From an uncultured bacterium (GTDB lineage: Bacteria > Fidelibacterota > Marinisomatia > Marinisomatales > UBA1611), in NCBI GenBank assembly GCA_943788175.1, contig CALSPG010000007.1, forward strand, positions 256,001-320,000: a DNA stretch of 64,000 nucleotides, given 5' to 3'. Shown here one piece after another: positions 1-10,416 of this stretch (position 1 is its first letter; every line of letters starts with the position of its first letter). Both the position numbers and the translations under genes were made by a program. The notes under the pieces were generated by a model. That model was not told the origin of the DNA. It made no database searches and saw only the letters and a list, made by a program, of their open reading frames with translations.

Positions 1-2
1 AC

Positions 3-542
3 CATGAATGGTTGCTAGAGGCTAGTCGAGTTTTAAAAAATACGGGTGGAATTTATTTATTATGCGATTGGAGTCGCTCAAATATGTACAATGGCTTATT
101 AAATGAAAGATTTATAGTTCAAAATAGAATAACTTGGTACAATAGATTAGCAAAAAATAATAATCAAAACCTTACATGGAAAAATCAATCCGGTGATATT
201 TGGTTTGCTACTAAAAATGAAGATTTTTTATTTAATAATAATGCTACTAGTTTAAAATCAGAAAGAAAACTCCTTTTAAATGATAGAGAAAGAAAAGCGC
301 AAACTAATTTTTGGTTTGACATACCGGCAGCGACGAATAAAAATGCAAGATATTCAAATAAATTGTACTCAAAAATATTAGATGCAAGTAGCTTCAAATT
401 AAATTGGGTTTTAGATCCTTTTATGAAAAATGGAGATATAGGATTATCTTGTAAAAAAGCAGGCCGCCGGTTTATTGGCTTCGAGGCGAATAAAGATTTA
501 TCACTGATGTCAATGAAAAGAATAGACCAAAATGAAAACTAA
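3..542 (+). CDS. DNA N6-adenine/N4-cytosine methyltransferase-fold protein, 5' partial, with degenerate SAM-binding motif
   Basis: Frame is open from the window start. RVLKNTGGIY, NRITW, WKNQSGDIWF and VLDPFM...GRRFIGFE match the C-terminal half of beta-class MTases. Motif I reads FMKNG instead of FxGxG. Confidence 0.75.
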   Translation, partial: HEWLLEASRVLKNTGGIYLLCDWSRSNMYNGLLNERFIVQNRITWYNRLAKNNNQNLTWKNQSGDIWFATKNEDFLFNNNATSLKSERKLLLNDRERKAQTNFWFDIPAATNKNARYSNKLYSKILDASSFKLNWVLDPFMKNGDIGLSCKKAGRRFIGFEANKDLSLMSMKRIDQNEN

Positions 543-548
543 GTATAT

Positions 549-993
549 ATGGATTATACTGAAAAAATAAAACAAGATATGTATCAAGCTATGAAGGCTA
601 ATGAGAAGGTAAAAGCCAACATTCTTCGCTCTCTTCTTGCTTCACTAAAAAAAAAAACAAATTGAGGATAAGAATACTTTAAGCGAAGAAATATTTTACA
701 CCATTGTAAAAAAAATGGCAAAACAGCTTAAAGAGTCTATGGAAGTATATCATGAAGCCGGTAGGAAAGAACTTGCTGAAACAGAAAAATCTGAATTAAA
801 AATTATTCAAGAGTATCTGCCAAAGCAGCTTTCTGAACAAGAGACTTTAAAGCTAATTAAAAATGTTATTAATCAAGTTTCTGCAAAATCTGTATCTGAT
901 ATTGGAAAAGTAATGTCATTAGTTATGCAGCAAAGCGGCGGGAAATTAGATGGTGGGTTAGCGAATAGAATTGCCAAGCAATTATTGCAATAA
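549..993 (+). CDS. GatB/YqeY domain protein, interrupted by a +1 frameshift in the A11 run at 647-657
   Basis: ATG549 gives MDYTEKIKQDMYQAMKANEKVKANILRSLLASLKKK. Removing one A joins it to QIEDKNTLSEE...KQLKESMEVYHEAGRKELAETEKSELKIIQEYLPKQLS...DIGKVM, a typical YqeY sequence. Confidence 0.85.
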
Positions 994-1521
994 ATGGGAT
1001 GGTTTTTAGATGGCATTGCGCTCTCTTACATGCTTTTTAATGGTGTTATAGGATACAATAGGGGGCTAGTAGACGAGTTAGGAAGACTATTCACATTAGT
1101 TTTATCAATTTTAATTGCCACAAGTAAAACGGCGTATTTTTCTAATTTGATTTTAAAAAACATGAGCATTGAACCATGGTTATCTACTTTGATTGCTTTT
1201 TGTCTAATATTTTCAACGGTTTTAATATTTGGAAGAATATTAACAAGGTTGTTTAAAATTGCACTTTTATCTAAATCTAATATTTGGATGAATAATATAT
1301 TGGGCTTCTTTTTTGCTAGTATTAAGGGATATTGTATTATTTCCGTATTTTTTTGGATTATTAGTATTTTACCTTTAGACAAATGGACAATCATAATTGA
1401 ACAAAATTCAAAAGTAGTTCAAACTACCAATTATTTTAGAATTAGTATTATAAGTTTTTTTGGTTGGGAAGACCCTGTCTTCTACAGTGCAAACTTTTTA
1501 AGAAAGTTAGTCCAGCCCTGA
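994..1521 (+). CDS. cvpA: CvpA family membrane protein
   Basis: Four hydrophobic segments, GYNRGLVDEL and NNILGFFFASIKG motifs, located between yqeY and dnaG. Confidence 0.8.
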   Translation: MGWFLDGIALSYMLFNGVIGYNRGLVDELGRLFTLVLSILIATSKTAYFSNLILKNMSIEPWLSTLIAFCLIFSTVLIFGRILTRLFKIALLSKSNIWMNNILGFFFASIKGYCIISVFFWIISILPLDKWTIIIEQNSKVVQTTNYFRISIISFFGWEDPVFYSANFLRKLVQP

Positions 1522-3269
1522 TGCCAAAAATTCCGCAAAATACAATTGATAAGATTCGAGATTTAGCAGATATCGTTGATGTTATTTCTACAGAAATTGA
1601 GCTTAAAAGAAGAGGGGTAAACTATTTTGGTGTGTGCCCGTTTCATGATGAAAACACTCCATCATTTAGTGTCTCGCCATCTAAGCAAATATATCATTGC
1701 TTTGGCTGTGGAAATGGAGGGAATGTATTTACTTTTATTATGGAGTTTCAAAAATTAACATTTTTTGAGGCTATTAAGTTTTTAGCGAATAAATACAATG
1801 TGGTTTTAGAGATTGCAAATAGTAATTCATCTTCGAATGAATATTCATTTTTAAAAAAAATTCATGAGGATGCTACTCTTTTATTTCAACAAAATTTATT
1901 TTCTGATGCTGGTAGAAATCCATTACAATATTTAATGGATAGAAACCTCAGTGAAAGTGTGATAAAAAAATTTCGAATTGGATTTGCTTTTGACAGTTGG
2001 AATAACCTCTACAACAAAATCAGTTTCGATTACAAGGATAAATTTCAAAATATAATGAAAACGGGCCTATTTATTCGCTCTGAGAAGGGTACTTTCGATA
2101 GATTTAGATCAAGAATAATATTTCCGATATTTCATCAATCAGGGGAAGTAATTGCCTTTGGTGGAAGAGATTATAAGAAGAACGACCTTGCAAAATATTT
2201 AAATTCTCCCGAGACAGCTATTTACCAAAAAAGCAATACTTTATATGGTTTACATATAACAAAAGATGATATAAGAAAAAAAGGTTATGCTCTTCTTGTA
2301 GAAGGTTATATGGATCTTTTACAATTATACCAAGCTGGAATAAAACCGGTAGTATCTGTATCGGGAACTTCCTTAACAAAAAACCATGCTAATTTAATAT
2401 CCAAACATGTCAAAAAAGTCATCTTACTTTATGATGGAGACTCAGCCGGCGCGAATGCGGTTCTACGTGCAGGCTTTATCCTCCTTCAGGTTGGTGTAGA
2501 GGCTTATGTTGTTCGACCCCCGGACAAATTAGACCCGGATGACTGGCTTTTGGAACAGGGATTTGATGCTATAAAAAAAGCTATTCAAAGCCCAATGGAG
2601 TTTCTTGATTTCCACCTTGAATTTCATAAAGCAAAAAAGCTTAGAGGCGTCCAAAAAAGTGATTATTTACATGACATAATAGGAAATATTAAAACCATAA
2701 ATGATTCAATCATTAAAAACGAAATAATTAGGGACCTTGCAGAAAAAATGAGGATACAAGAAATAGATTTGTTGCAAATACTTAACTTGAAAAGAAACTT
2801 TAATAAATCAGAAATTGTTGATGTAGATCATAATTTATTTGAGTTCAAAACTAAATTACAAAGAGCGGAGTTAGAATTAATCAAAATTTTTATTAACTCA
2901 AATTTTAAGGCAAGAAAAGTGTTGAAAAAAAACATTGGCCTTGACTTATTTTCCCATGAGCTACTTATCAAGATTATAAGTAAAATACTTAATGACGAAA
3001 CAATTGAAAATTCTAAACTTGTAGAACATTTTCCAGAAAAAAAAGAACGTGAATTTATATCACAGCTTTTAATAGAAGGAAAAGAAGAGGAGTATTCTGA
3101 GAAAGTCGTTACAGATTGTATTAAAACAATTAAATCGATTGCTATTAAAAATAGAATTGAAGACCTTAGATTTGTTATCCAAGCCAATGAAAAATCAGGA
3201 GTAGGCACATCAAAAGAATTAGAAGAAGTAATGAAGCTTCAAAAAAAACTTATAGAGTACCGTCAATGA
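1521..3269 (+). CDS. dnaG: DNA primase
   Basis: CHC2 zinc finger CPFHDENTPSF...CFGC, DRFRSRIIFPI, KYLNSPET, TOPRIM VEGYMD and YDGDSAG. ATG1521 overlaps the cvpA stop. Confidence 0.97.
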   Translation: MPKIPQNTIDKIRDLADIVDVISTEIELKRRGVNYFGVCPFHDENTPSFSVSPSKQIYHCFGCGNGGNVFTFIMEFQKLTFFEAIKFLANKYNVVLEIANSNSSSNEYSFLKKIHEDATLLFQQNLFSDAGRNPLQYLMDRNLSESVIKKFRIGFAFDSWNNLYNKISFDYKDKFQNIMKTGLFIRSEKGTFDRFRSRIIFPIFHQSGEVIAFGGRDYKKNDLAKYLNSPETAIYQKSNTLYGLHITKDDIRKKGYALLVEGYMDLLQLYQAGIKPVVSVSGTSLTKNHANLISKHVKKVILLYDGDSAGANAVLRAGFILLQVGVEAYVVRPPDKLDPDDWLLEQGFDAIKKAIQSPMEFLDFHLEFHKAKKLRGVQKSDYLHDIIGNIKTINDSIIKNEIIRDLAEKMRIQEIDLLQILNLKRNFNKSEIVDVDHNLFEFKTKLQRAELELIKIFINSNFKARKVLKKNIGLDLFSHELLIKIISKILNDETIENSKLVEHFPEKKEREFISQLLIEGKEEEYSEKVVTDCIKTIKSIAIKNRIEDLRFVIQANEKSGVGTSKELEEVMKLQKKLIEYRQ

Positions 3270-4489
3270 GGCATTGGATATTTGTATTGATATTTTCTAC
3301 TCTTCTTGGGAATATGAATGCTCATCAAGTTCAGCTTGTTACTCATCATGAAAAAGAAAACGGTGTTCTCATAAGGATAGTTGTTAGTAATGTACCCGAG
3401 GTTGATGATATCGCAGGCTGGGTTGGGCAAGAAAATTGGTTCTACTTAACTTTAAATAAATCTGTTTTTGCTGAAAACGTTTTGGAAAGTCTTAAAGCAG
3501 GCTCACCAATTTTAGAGATTGAAGGAATTCAGAATCCTGAATCTGTTCAAATAGGCTTTCTAATGGAGAACTATATTTCTGATTTTGAAATATTTCATTC
3601 ACCTTCAAACAGAGTATTTTTAATTCATCTTTGGCATAAGCTTGATGTCGAAAATATTGCAGATATAAAAAAATCTGAAAATAAAAACAATAACAAAATC
3701 TTTTCGCTAATTGATCAAAATAAAAATCGAAAACCTTTTTATGAATCTTTCATCGATGCTCGCGAAAAGTATGGCCCTGAAAAATATTTTGTTTGGTATA
3801 ATAATTGGTACAGTACGGAAGATGAAATAACTAGTTCAACTGATACTGCAAACAAAAGTAAAAGTAAAACAGATATATGGGAAAAACATTGGTCGGGAGG
3901 AAGCTCTTTAGAAAAAAAAGATCTTACCTACGGTCCTCCATTACCTGCGAGAGTAGAAACATCCAATACTGCTCTTCAAAAAACTAAAACTATAAAAACA
4001 CAAGAAGAAATTCTAAATAAGAATGAAGTTTCTAAAAATATTACAGAAAAAAAATTAAATGATTTAAAAAATGAAATAATTGAAAGAAAAAAGAAGCTAG
4101 TCGAAAAAGAAAATAAGCTTAAAAGTAAAAAACCTAAGAAAATCAAACAAAAAGTAAAGCCTAAGATTATAAAGAAAAATAATTCAGAAGATTTAGCGGC
4201 ATATGCAATCGAACCAAATCTTACAAATAGAAAGACATATCTTAAAATAGGTTGTAATCTTACCGGCGTAAATGTATATCTAGATGGTCGCAGAGTAGGG
4301 AAGACACCTTTAACAAAAAGGCTGCCTGTCTCTTCCGGTTGGCACAGAATAAGAATTGATGTTCCTGGAGCAAAAAAATTCAATAAGTCCGGGATCCCAA
4401 ATCCAGACTTTAGAGATGTTTTTATTACGAAGGGTAGAACTCAAAAAGTCACTTTTAACTTTTTAAATGATGAAGAACAGCCTGGATAA
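3266..4489 (+). CDS. Secreted protein with AMIN-like N-terminal domain, Lys-rich linker and C-terminal PEGA domain
   Basis: Signal peptide; C-terminal VNVYLDGRRVGKTPL...VSSGWHRIRI is PEGA-like; ATGA overlap with dnaG. Confidence 0.6.
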   Translation: MRHWIFVLIFSTLLGNMNAHQVQLVTHHEKENGVLIRIVVSNVPEVDDIAGWVGQENWFYLTLNKSVFAENVLESLKAGSPILEIEGIQNPESVQIGFLMENYISDFEIFHSPSNRVFLIHLWHKLDVENIADIKKSENKNNNKIFSLIDQNKNRKPFYESFIDAREKYGPEKYFVWYNNWYSTEDEITSSTDTANKSKSKTDIWEKHWSGGSSLEKKDLTYGPPLPARVETSNTALQKTKTIKTQEEILNKNEVSKNITEKKLNDLKNEIIERKKKLVEKENKLKSKKPKKIKQKVKPKIIKKNNSEDLAAYAIEPNLTNRKTYLKIGCNLTGVNVYLDGRRVGKTPLTKRLPVSSGWHRIRIDVPGAKKFNKSGIPNPDFRDVFITKGRTQKVTFNFLNDEEQPG

Positions 4490-5402
4490 AGTGTCTAAGA
4501 ATTTTTTGACTCCCGTTAGGTTTCATAAATTACTTATTTATATCTTATTTATAGCGAGCTTAAGCGGGCAATTCAATTCAAGTATTGTACATATTGATAT
4601 TATATCAGAGCCCGAAAAAGTAGAAACTTCAATTATTTTTGATGAAATCATTGATCGAGATGATGTGTCTGGCTGGATTGATCGTAATAATTATTTTACA
4701 TTAAGTTTGTTCAATGTCTCATTAAATACAAATAAAGTAATTTCTGACGAGCATAAGTATCCTCTTCTTTCTGTTGAATCTGCAAATACAGATGGTTCCG
4801 TACAAATAATTTTTAATACGGCAAAAAAAATAGAATCTTATCAATTAATTCGTCATTCAAAAGATAAAAACCTTTTAGTTATTTTAAACTATGGTAAAGA
4901 TCACGAAGAAGAAAAAGATGAAGATGAAGGTGGACTAGTCCAATCTTTTATAGTCGAAGAATTACCAGATACTTTTGACGTAATGAAAGATCGTTGGAGG
5001 CATCCTAAAAATTGGAAAGAAGCTAGAGAACGTTCAAGTATAAGAATATTATGTGATACAAAAGACTTACCAATATATGTAAACAATCAACTTGTTGGAA
5101 AAACGCCATTAGAATATGCAGTTGATGTGCTTCCGGGTTGGCACCAAGTTGGTTATTTCCCTACTGATCCAGCGCTAACTCCTCAACCGAAATCTCCAAA
5201 AGAAAAAATGATGGATAATATATTAAGGATGGGGGTTCTAGATGTGTATGTTGAGGAAGGTAAAGAGCAGGAAATAGTACTTAATTACCAGAGCCTAGAT
5301 CAAGATGTTTTAGCGTTTCAAAAAAGTATCACTGCTGGTAGCTGGATTGGATTTAGTTTATTTTTTTTACTAGTTGTGCTTACGAGTTGGGGGATAGCAT
5401 AA
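4467..5402 (+). CDS. PEGA-domain protein, paralog of the upstream gene, with C-terminal membrane anchor (start possibly GTG 4491)
   Basis: IYVNNQLVGKTPL...VLPGWHQV; N-domain DDVSGWIDRNNYFTLSL resembles DDIAGWVGQENWFYLTL upstream; hydrophobic C-terminus. Confidence 0.6.
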   Translation: MMKNSLDKVSKNFLTPVRFHKLLIYILFIASLSGQFNSSIVHIDIISEPEKVETSIIFDEIIDRDDVSGWIDRNNYFTLSLFNVSLNTNKVISDEHKYPLLSVESANTDGSVQIIFNTAKKIESYQLIRHSKDKNLLVILNYGKDHEEEKDEDEGGLVQSFIVEELPDTFDVMKDRWRHPKNWKEARERSSIRILCDTKDLPIYVNNQLVGKTPLEYAVDVLPGWHQVGYFPTDPALTPQPKSPKEKMMDNILRMGVLDVYVEEGKEQEIVLNYQSLDQDVLAFQKSITAGSWIGFSLFFLLVVLTSWGIA

Positions 5403-7312
5403 AAAAGAAATCTCTTCTATGGTTTTTATTAATCACTCTTTTTTTACCGATTCAAAATGGTGTTTTTTCTCAAACAAAAGAGAAAAGTAAAGTACCTAAA
5501 CGACTTGTCAAGGGCAAGTCGCTCTATTACTCCTATTGGAATCCATATAGAAGAAAATTAGATAATAAACATAGTCGTGATTTTTTCATATCAGTTCCAT
5601 ACTTTGAAGCCGTAAAAAATAAGCAGGGAAAAATCAAAACCGTAGTCAAGTATAGTCCTAAAAATGAGAAAATTGATTCTTGGCACTTAGTATGGAACCG
5701 AAAAGGGGATCGGTCAGAATACCAGATAAAATTTCATCAAAAAGGTGAAATAACAAGGCTAGATAGTTTGCTATTTTCCCATAAGCTAAGTGAGGTGAAG
5801 CCTGGCTGGAGAGCTAAAGTAAAAAGTAAAAAAGATGGAAGGCCTCTAAGGTATGATGTATATGATGAAAATGGAATTAGGTTGTATTTTTACAGATTCC
5901 ATTATGCGCAAAGATCTGATTCAATCTTGTCTATGGAAACAATACAATCATCCTATTTTAGATCAGATAGTACATTGGTAGGTCGGCATGTTCTCTTCAT
6001 GGAAAATGGAGAATGGTTGAGAGAAATTCACTTTAAAAATTCAAAAAATGATTTAGAGGGTGTGACCAAATTTGATGTTTCCTTAGCTAATGAGGAAACA
6101 GTAATAACTAGGTTAGACAAAGAAGGCAAAGAAATAGGAAGTAGAATTATTCAATTATCGTACCCTGACCAATTATCTTACAGGTTTGAATGGAAACCAG
6201 ATACAGTTTTAATTGTAGAGAATATAGAAATTAAAAAGGATACTATAACGACATACATAAGCCCTGTTTTAACTAGTCTTTGGTACGGGCTTCCTCTATT
6301 TAGTGAATCTGCTTTAAACTCAAAATTATCAAAACCAATTTTTGGCTTTTTTTTTGCACCAAGAGGTAATATGATTATAAAAGGGAAAAAATATAGCCTA
6401 GGAATGGAAGTCGTCGCTTATGATATTCCCATTCAAGATTCAACGGAGTCTATTAGTGGTATTGGAGCATTTGCAGCAGCACAATATGATTTAAATAAAA
6501 AGTTTAAATGGATTCCTCAAAATGTTGAAGCAGCATTAAGGATAGGAGGAGGAATGCTTTCTAATGGTTATGGATTATCATTGAGTAGTTCTTTTGGATA
6601 TCATTTTATACCTAGTCGTTTATATTTAGGTGTTTATGCTCAATCCATAATCGCTTTCGATGAAATAATGCCAGGTAAAACTACAGCTTGGAGCAGCCTT
6701 GGCATTTCTTTAGGAACAAATGTGGGCGATATAAACCCAGACTTATTAAGACCGTATAAAGACCGTTTGGATGAAGAAGCTTTATTTTTTAGCATGGCTA
6801 AAGAGTTATTAACTACCTCAGAACTAATTATTTCTGATAATAATCCTTTTATAATAGATACAATAATTTCAGAATTATATTTAAATCCGAATACTTTTAA
6901 TGAGATGACATTAAGGACACCATTTTTTTTAAAACTTGGGCAATCAGAAATAAGATTTATTTTATCATATTTAAATTATACTTTTATCCCAAAAAATAAC
7001 AATGACCCCATTTTTGGTAACGACGCATATTTTTTTGGTGTAAATATTAACTTAGATAATTTATTTGGTTTTAAAGAAAGCAACTTAAAAAAATATTTCA
7101 GTTTACAGGCTGGTTCATACAATACTGGTTTTGGAATTTTGACTGGGCTGAACATTGATTATGATATTAAAAGTATGCCAATATATGTAAGCACATATGG
7201 AAAACTATATGGTCTTCCAAATGAAGAAATTTTTACAGGTTGGTTAAGTTATGGCATTGGAGTAGGAATAAAATTAGATAAACTATTAAATAGAGCGGAA
7301 CCAAAAGAATGA
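5387..7312 (+). CDS. Hypothetical exported protein with two C-terminal beta-barrel-like repeats (start possibly ATA 5399)
   Basis: 641-aa ORF with signal peptide, basic N-terminal half and two Gly/aromatic-rich amphipathic beta-strand regions. Confidence 0.55.
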   Translation: MGDSIKKKSLLWFLLITLFLPIQNGVFSQTKEKSKVPKRLVKGKSLYYSYWNPYRRKLDNKHSRDFFISVPYFEAVKNKQGKIKTVVKYSPKNEKIDSWHLVWNRKGDRSEYQIKFHQKGEITRLDSLLFSHKLSEVKPGWRAKVKSKKDGRPLRYDVYDENGIRLYFYRFHYAQRSDSILSMETIQSSYFRSDSTLVGRHVLFMENGEWLREIHFKNSKNDLEGVTKFDVSLANEETVITRLDKEGKEIGSRIIQLSYPDQLSYRFEWKPDTVLIVENIEIKKDTITTYISPVLTSLWYGLPLFSESALNSKLSKPIFGFFFAPRGNMIIKGKKYSLGMEVVAYDIPIQDSTESISGIGAFAAAQYDLNKKFKWIPQNVEAALRIGGGMLSNGYGLSLSSSFGYHFIPSRLYLGVYAQSIIAFDEIMPGKTTAWSSLGISLGTNVGDINPDLLRPYKDRLDEEALFFSMAKELLTTSELIISDNNPFIIDTIISELYLNPNTFNEMTLRTPFFLKLGQSEIRFILSYLNYTFIPKNNNDPIFGNDAYFFGVNINLDNLFGFKESNLKKYFSLQAGSYNTGFGILTGLNIDYDIKSMPIYVSTYGKLYGLPNEEIFTGWLSYGIGVGIKLDKLLNRAEPKE

Positions 7313-7338
7313 GTTTTTTATAAAAGGGGGAGTGAAAA

Positions 7339-8082
7339 ATGAAATTAGTTTTATTAAGACATGGCCAAAGTAAGTGGAACTTAGAAAATAAGTTCACAGG
7401 ATGGACAGATGTAGAATTAACAAAAAAAGGAGAATCTGAAGCTAAAAGAGCAGGGAAATTAATTGGGGAAGAGGGTATAAAACTCGATTTGGTTTATACT
7501 TCAGTTTTAAAAAGAGCAATAAATACGATGAATATTTGTTTATCTAACTTTGATAATAATAAGCCTGATATATTTTATGATTGGAGATTAAATGAGCGTC
7601 ACTATGGATCTTTACAAGGACTAAACAAGTCAGAGACTGCAAAAAAATATGGAGATGATCAGGTATTAATATGGAGAAGAAGTTATGATATTAGTCCTCC
7701 ATCACTTAGTTCGGATGATGAAAGACACCCGCGGTTTGATAAGAAATATGAAAGTTTAGATAAAAGTATTTTGCCTTCGAGCGAATGTTTAAAGGATACT
7801 GTGAAAAGATTTTTACCTTTTTGGGAAAAAACAATAAGTCTGAAAGTAAAAGAAGGTAAAAAAGTAATGATTGTCGCTCATGGAAATTCTTTACGCGCAT
7901 TAGTAAAGCACTTAGATAGAATCTCAGATGATAAAATTATTAGTTTAAATATTCCAACAGGAATCCCATTAGTTTATGAATTAAATCAAGATTTAAAACC
8001 AATTAAAAGTTATTATCTTGGTAATCAAGATGACATTAGAGAAAAAATAAAAGCCGTAGCTAAACAAGGTGAGTCTAAATGA
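7339..8082 (+). CDS. gpmA: 2,3-bisphosphoglycerate-dependent phosphoglycerate mutase
   Basis: [55 protein letters not shown]. Confidence 0.97.
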   Translation: MKLVLLRHGQSKWNLENKFTGWTDVELTKKGESEAKRAGKLIGEEGIKLDLVYTSVLKRAINTMNICLSNFDNNKPDIFYDWRLNERHYGSLQGLNKSETAKKYGDDQVLIWRRSYDISPPSLSSDDERHPRFDKKYESLDKSILPSSECLKDTVKRFLPFWEKTISLKVKEGKKVMIVAHGNSLRALVKHLDRISDDKIISLNIPTGIPLVYELNQDLKPIKSYYLGNQDDIREKIKAVAKQGESK

Positions 8083-8156
8083 ACTGTTTTGTTACTTTAC
8101 AATAACTAAACTAAATAAGGCAATCGAGCTACTTATATTACCATTAATTAGTTGAA

Positions 8157-9137
8157 TTATTTAAAAGGTAGATAAGCGAAAAGAGTGTAAGGTTTAGGAT
8201 ATTTATCAGTAGCTAAAAGAAATCCTTTATCTTCATACCTTGCAACTGCTTCCCATTTTCTTGAAGTCTTCTCACCTTCTAATTTAATTTCGATAGGAGG
8301 TGAATCTGTTAAGATTACCTTGTTGTTTACAATTTTAAATTCAATCAACCTTTCTACTCTTTGAGAAAGGCTGTGAGTTGGACCACTCCCATATTTTGCA
8401 GTTAAAACATCAATACCAGGCTTTAAAGTTTTTTTATCACCAGGGAAAAAGTAGTTAATTGCCCAAAATTGGTTTTTTCCATCCGTTTTCGTTGCATCTG
8501 CAATTCTATAATTAATTGAAGAAATTGTGTTTTTTTCGATGTCGTTTCCAGATAAATTGATTGATAATGCATGTGGTTTTTCAACTAAACTATCTCCATT
8601 TGCCTCAAATAACGCAATGATTCTATCTTTATTTATAATTAGAGATTCAAAAGACATATTATCAACATAGCTAGGAACAGTTAAAGTAGTTAATGTTTGT
8701 TCGGGGATTGTGATTTCTAAACTTCTTTCATCTATATGACCTCTAGCTAACAAGCAACTCATACTATCATCAAATTTTATTTCAATGGTTACATAAACCT
8801 CATATCCTCTAAAAGCAATAGACTCAAATGAATCGAAACCAGGGACCGTATTTTTATAATCTGGAGTATTAAATTTAATTTTTTGTGGTCTAATTGCAGT
8901 AGTGTCAATTTTATTAATCCTTGAATCAATTTCTGTTTTTTTTATAACAAAAGCATATCCATTTAAGTTTTCAGGTAATAAAATTAAATTATCATAATAC
9001 CAGTCCATTCCAGAAATTTCTTCATCGCTGTTTTTCATAGGTCCATCAATATTCAGCATGATAGGTGAAACCTCTAGTGTTTTTTTTCCTGCACAAGAAA
9101 AAATTAGTAATAGAGCTAATGGTAATATGATTTTCAT
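8157..9137 (-). CDS. Hypothetical lipoprotein, possibly beta-propeller/phytase-like
   Basis: Lipobox LIFSC; repeated EISG, FESI, FESL and WEAV blade-like motifs. Confidence 0.55.
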   Translation of the reverse strand: MKIILPLALLLIFSCAGKKTLEVSPIMLNIDGPMKNSDEEISGMDWYYDNLILLPENLNGYAFVIKKTEIDSRINKIDTTAIRPQKIKFNTPDYKNTVPGFDSFESIAFRGYEVYVTIEIKFDDSMSCLLARGHIDERSLEITIPEQTLTTLTVPSYVDNMSFESLIINKDRIIALFEANGDSLVEKPHALSINLSGNDIEKNTISSINYRIADATKTDGKNQFWAINYFFPGDKKTLKPGIDVLTAKYGSGPTHSLSQRVERLIEFKIVNNKVILTDSPPIEIKLEGEKTSRKWEAVARYEDKGFLLATDKYPKPYTLFAYLPFK

Positions 9138-9154
9138 TTTAAGTAATAGTTATC

Positions 9155-9481
9155 TTATTTATCTTCCTGATTTTCGCATAAAGCGCGCAACATTTCAAAT
9201 GAATAAATGCCAGAATGATGTCCATCTTGCCAATAAGGTCTTAACGCATAATATCCTACTGGCTGCAAACCACTTAATAAAAAACTTTTTTCTGAGTTAG
9301 GCCTTATTTCCCCTTTATAAATATTGCCAAAAACATCTTTTTCGCCTTCACAATTTGCACATGGACATTTCTCTCTAAGCATTTTTAGTTGTATGTACCC
9401 CTCTAATCCATCTGCCCATTTAAAAAGCATCAAATCATTTATTTGTTCATGCAATAGTAGTTTGTTTTTATCAAGATTCAT
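9155..9481 (-). CDS. DUF971 / gamma-butyrobetaine hydroxylase-like N-terminal domain protein
   Basis: WADG...LREKCPCANC...VGYYALRPYWQDGHHSGIYSFEML. Confidence 0.88.
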   Translation of the reverse strand: MNLDKNKLLLHEQINDLMLFKWADGLEGYIQLKMLREKCPCANCEGEKDVFGNIYKGEIRPNSEKSFLLSGLQPVGYYALRPYWQDGHHSGIYSFEMLRALCENQEDK

Positions 9482-10411
9482 CTATTTAAATAAAGTGATT
9501 TTTTTAGTTTCATGTCCTTTTTTGTGGATGAAAGTGACAAAATATATACCGCTAGTTAATCTATTATCAGAAAATTTAATAGAGTGCTTCCCCGGGGACC
9601 AATATTTATTGGATAAGTTTTTAACGAGTTTTCCATTAATATCAAAAACAGAAATGTTCACAAATTGTCCGATTGAAGTTTCAAAAGGAATTTTCACTTC
9701 AGGGTTAAATGGGTTTGGATACGCTTCTTGAATAGAAAATGTTTTAGGTACATTATTATTAATTGCTGATGTCGACAAGTTTTCCAAACTAACTGGACTA
9801 AAATTAAATAGCCCACTATTTATAGTAGTGAATGAAAACAAAGGTTTCCACATAGTGAAGCTGAAGTTTCCAGAAATAGTTTCTTCGTTGACCTCATTTA
9901 TTTGGATGTCTCCTTGTGTAGCTATGTAAGAATCACCAATTAAGTTTTCAACAAAAAAAGATGACAGGCTATCGAGAGACAAAGAATCGCTAGCATTTGA
10001 TGAATCAGTAAAAAATGTAAGCCATTGATTTGCAAAACTTGAATCAAGGTTAGGTACAAAAACAGAAAGCGTAGAAAGACTCAGGGGGTCTTCTATAATA
10101 TTTGCTATATCAGTAATACTAATATCCCAGGACCAAGCTCTAGGCTGTAAAGGGAAAGTAGTATCCTCTAGAACAGTCAAAAACAAATCAAAAGCATTTT
10201 CGTCTCGTTGTGTAATCCCCATCATTAAAAATGAAGAAGAATCATTTAATGAGATATTTAAAGCACCGCCAAAACTGGTTGTGTCTTCAAGGGAAGATGA
10301 AAAAGCTCCTGTCTCTGAGCCACTATAAAAAAAATCTATAGAACCTTGGTATAGAGTCTGGGAAAATAAAACACCGGACAAAAAGAAGATTAAGAGTTTT
10401 TTTGAAATCAA
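9482..10411 (-). CDS. Secreted protein with T9SS type A / FlgD-like C-terminal sorting domain
   Basis: Signal peptide; C-terminal AYPNPFNP...ISVFDINGKLV...SGIYFV...KKITLFK. Confidence 0.8.
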   Translation of the reverse strand: MISKKLLIFFLSGVLFSQTLYQGSIDFFYSGSETGAFSSSLEDTTSFGGALNISLNDSSSFLMMGITQRDENAFDLFLTVLEDTTFPLQPRAWSWDISITDIANIIEDPLSLSTLSVFVPNLDSSFANQWLTFFTDSSNASDSLSLDSLSSFFVENLIGDSYIATQGDIQINEVNEETISGNFSFTMWKPLFSFTTINSGLFNFSPVSLENLSTSAINNNVPKTFSIQEAYPNPFNPEVKIPFETSIGQFVNISVFDINGKLVKNLSNKYWSPGKHSIKFSDNRLTSGIYFVTFIHKKGHETKKITLFK

Positions 10412-10416
10412 GAAAG

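Noticed and set aside
994-1521. Bacteriocin (colicin V) locus
   Set aside because: CvpA is a widespread housekeeping membrane protein; no bacteriocin, immunity or exporter genes are present.
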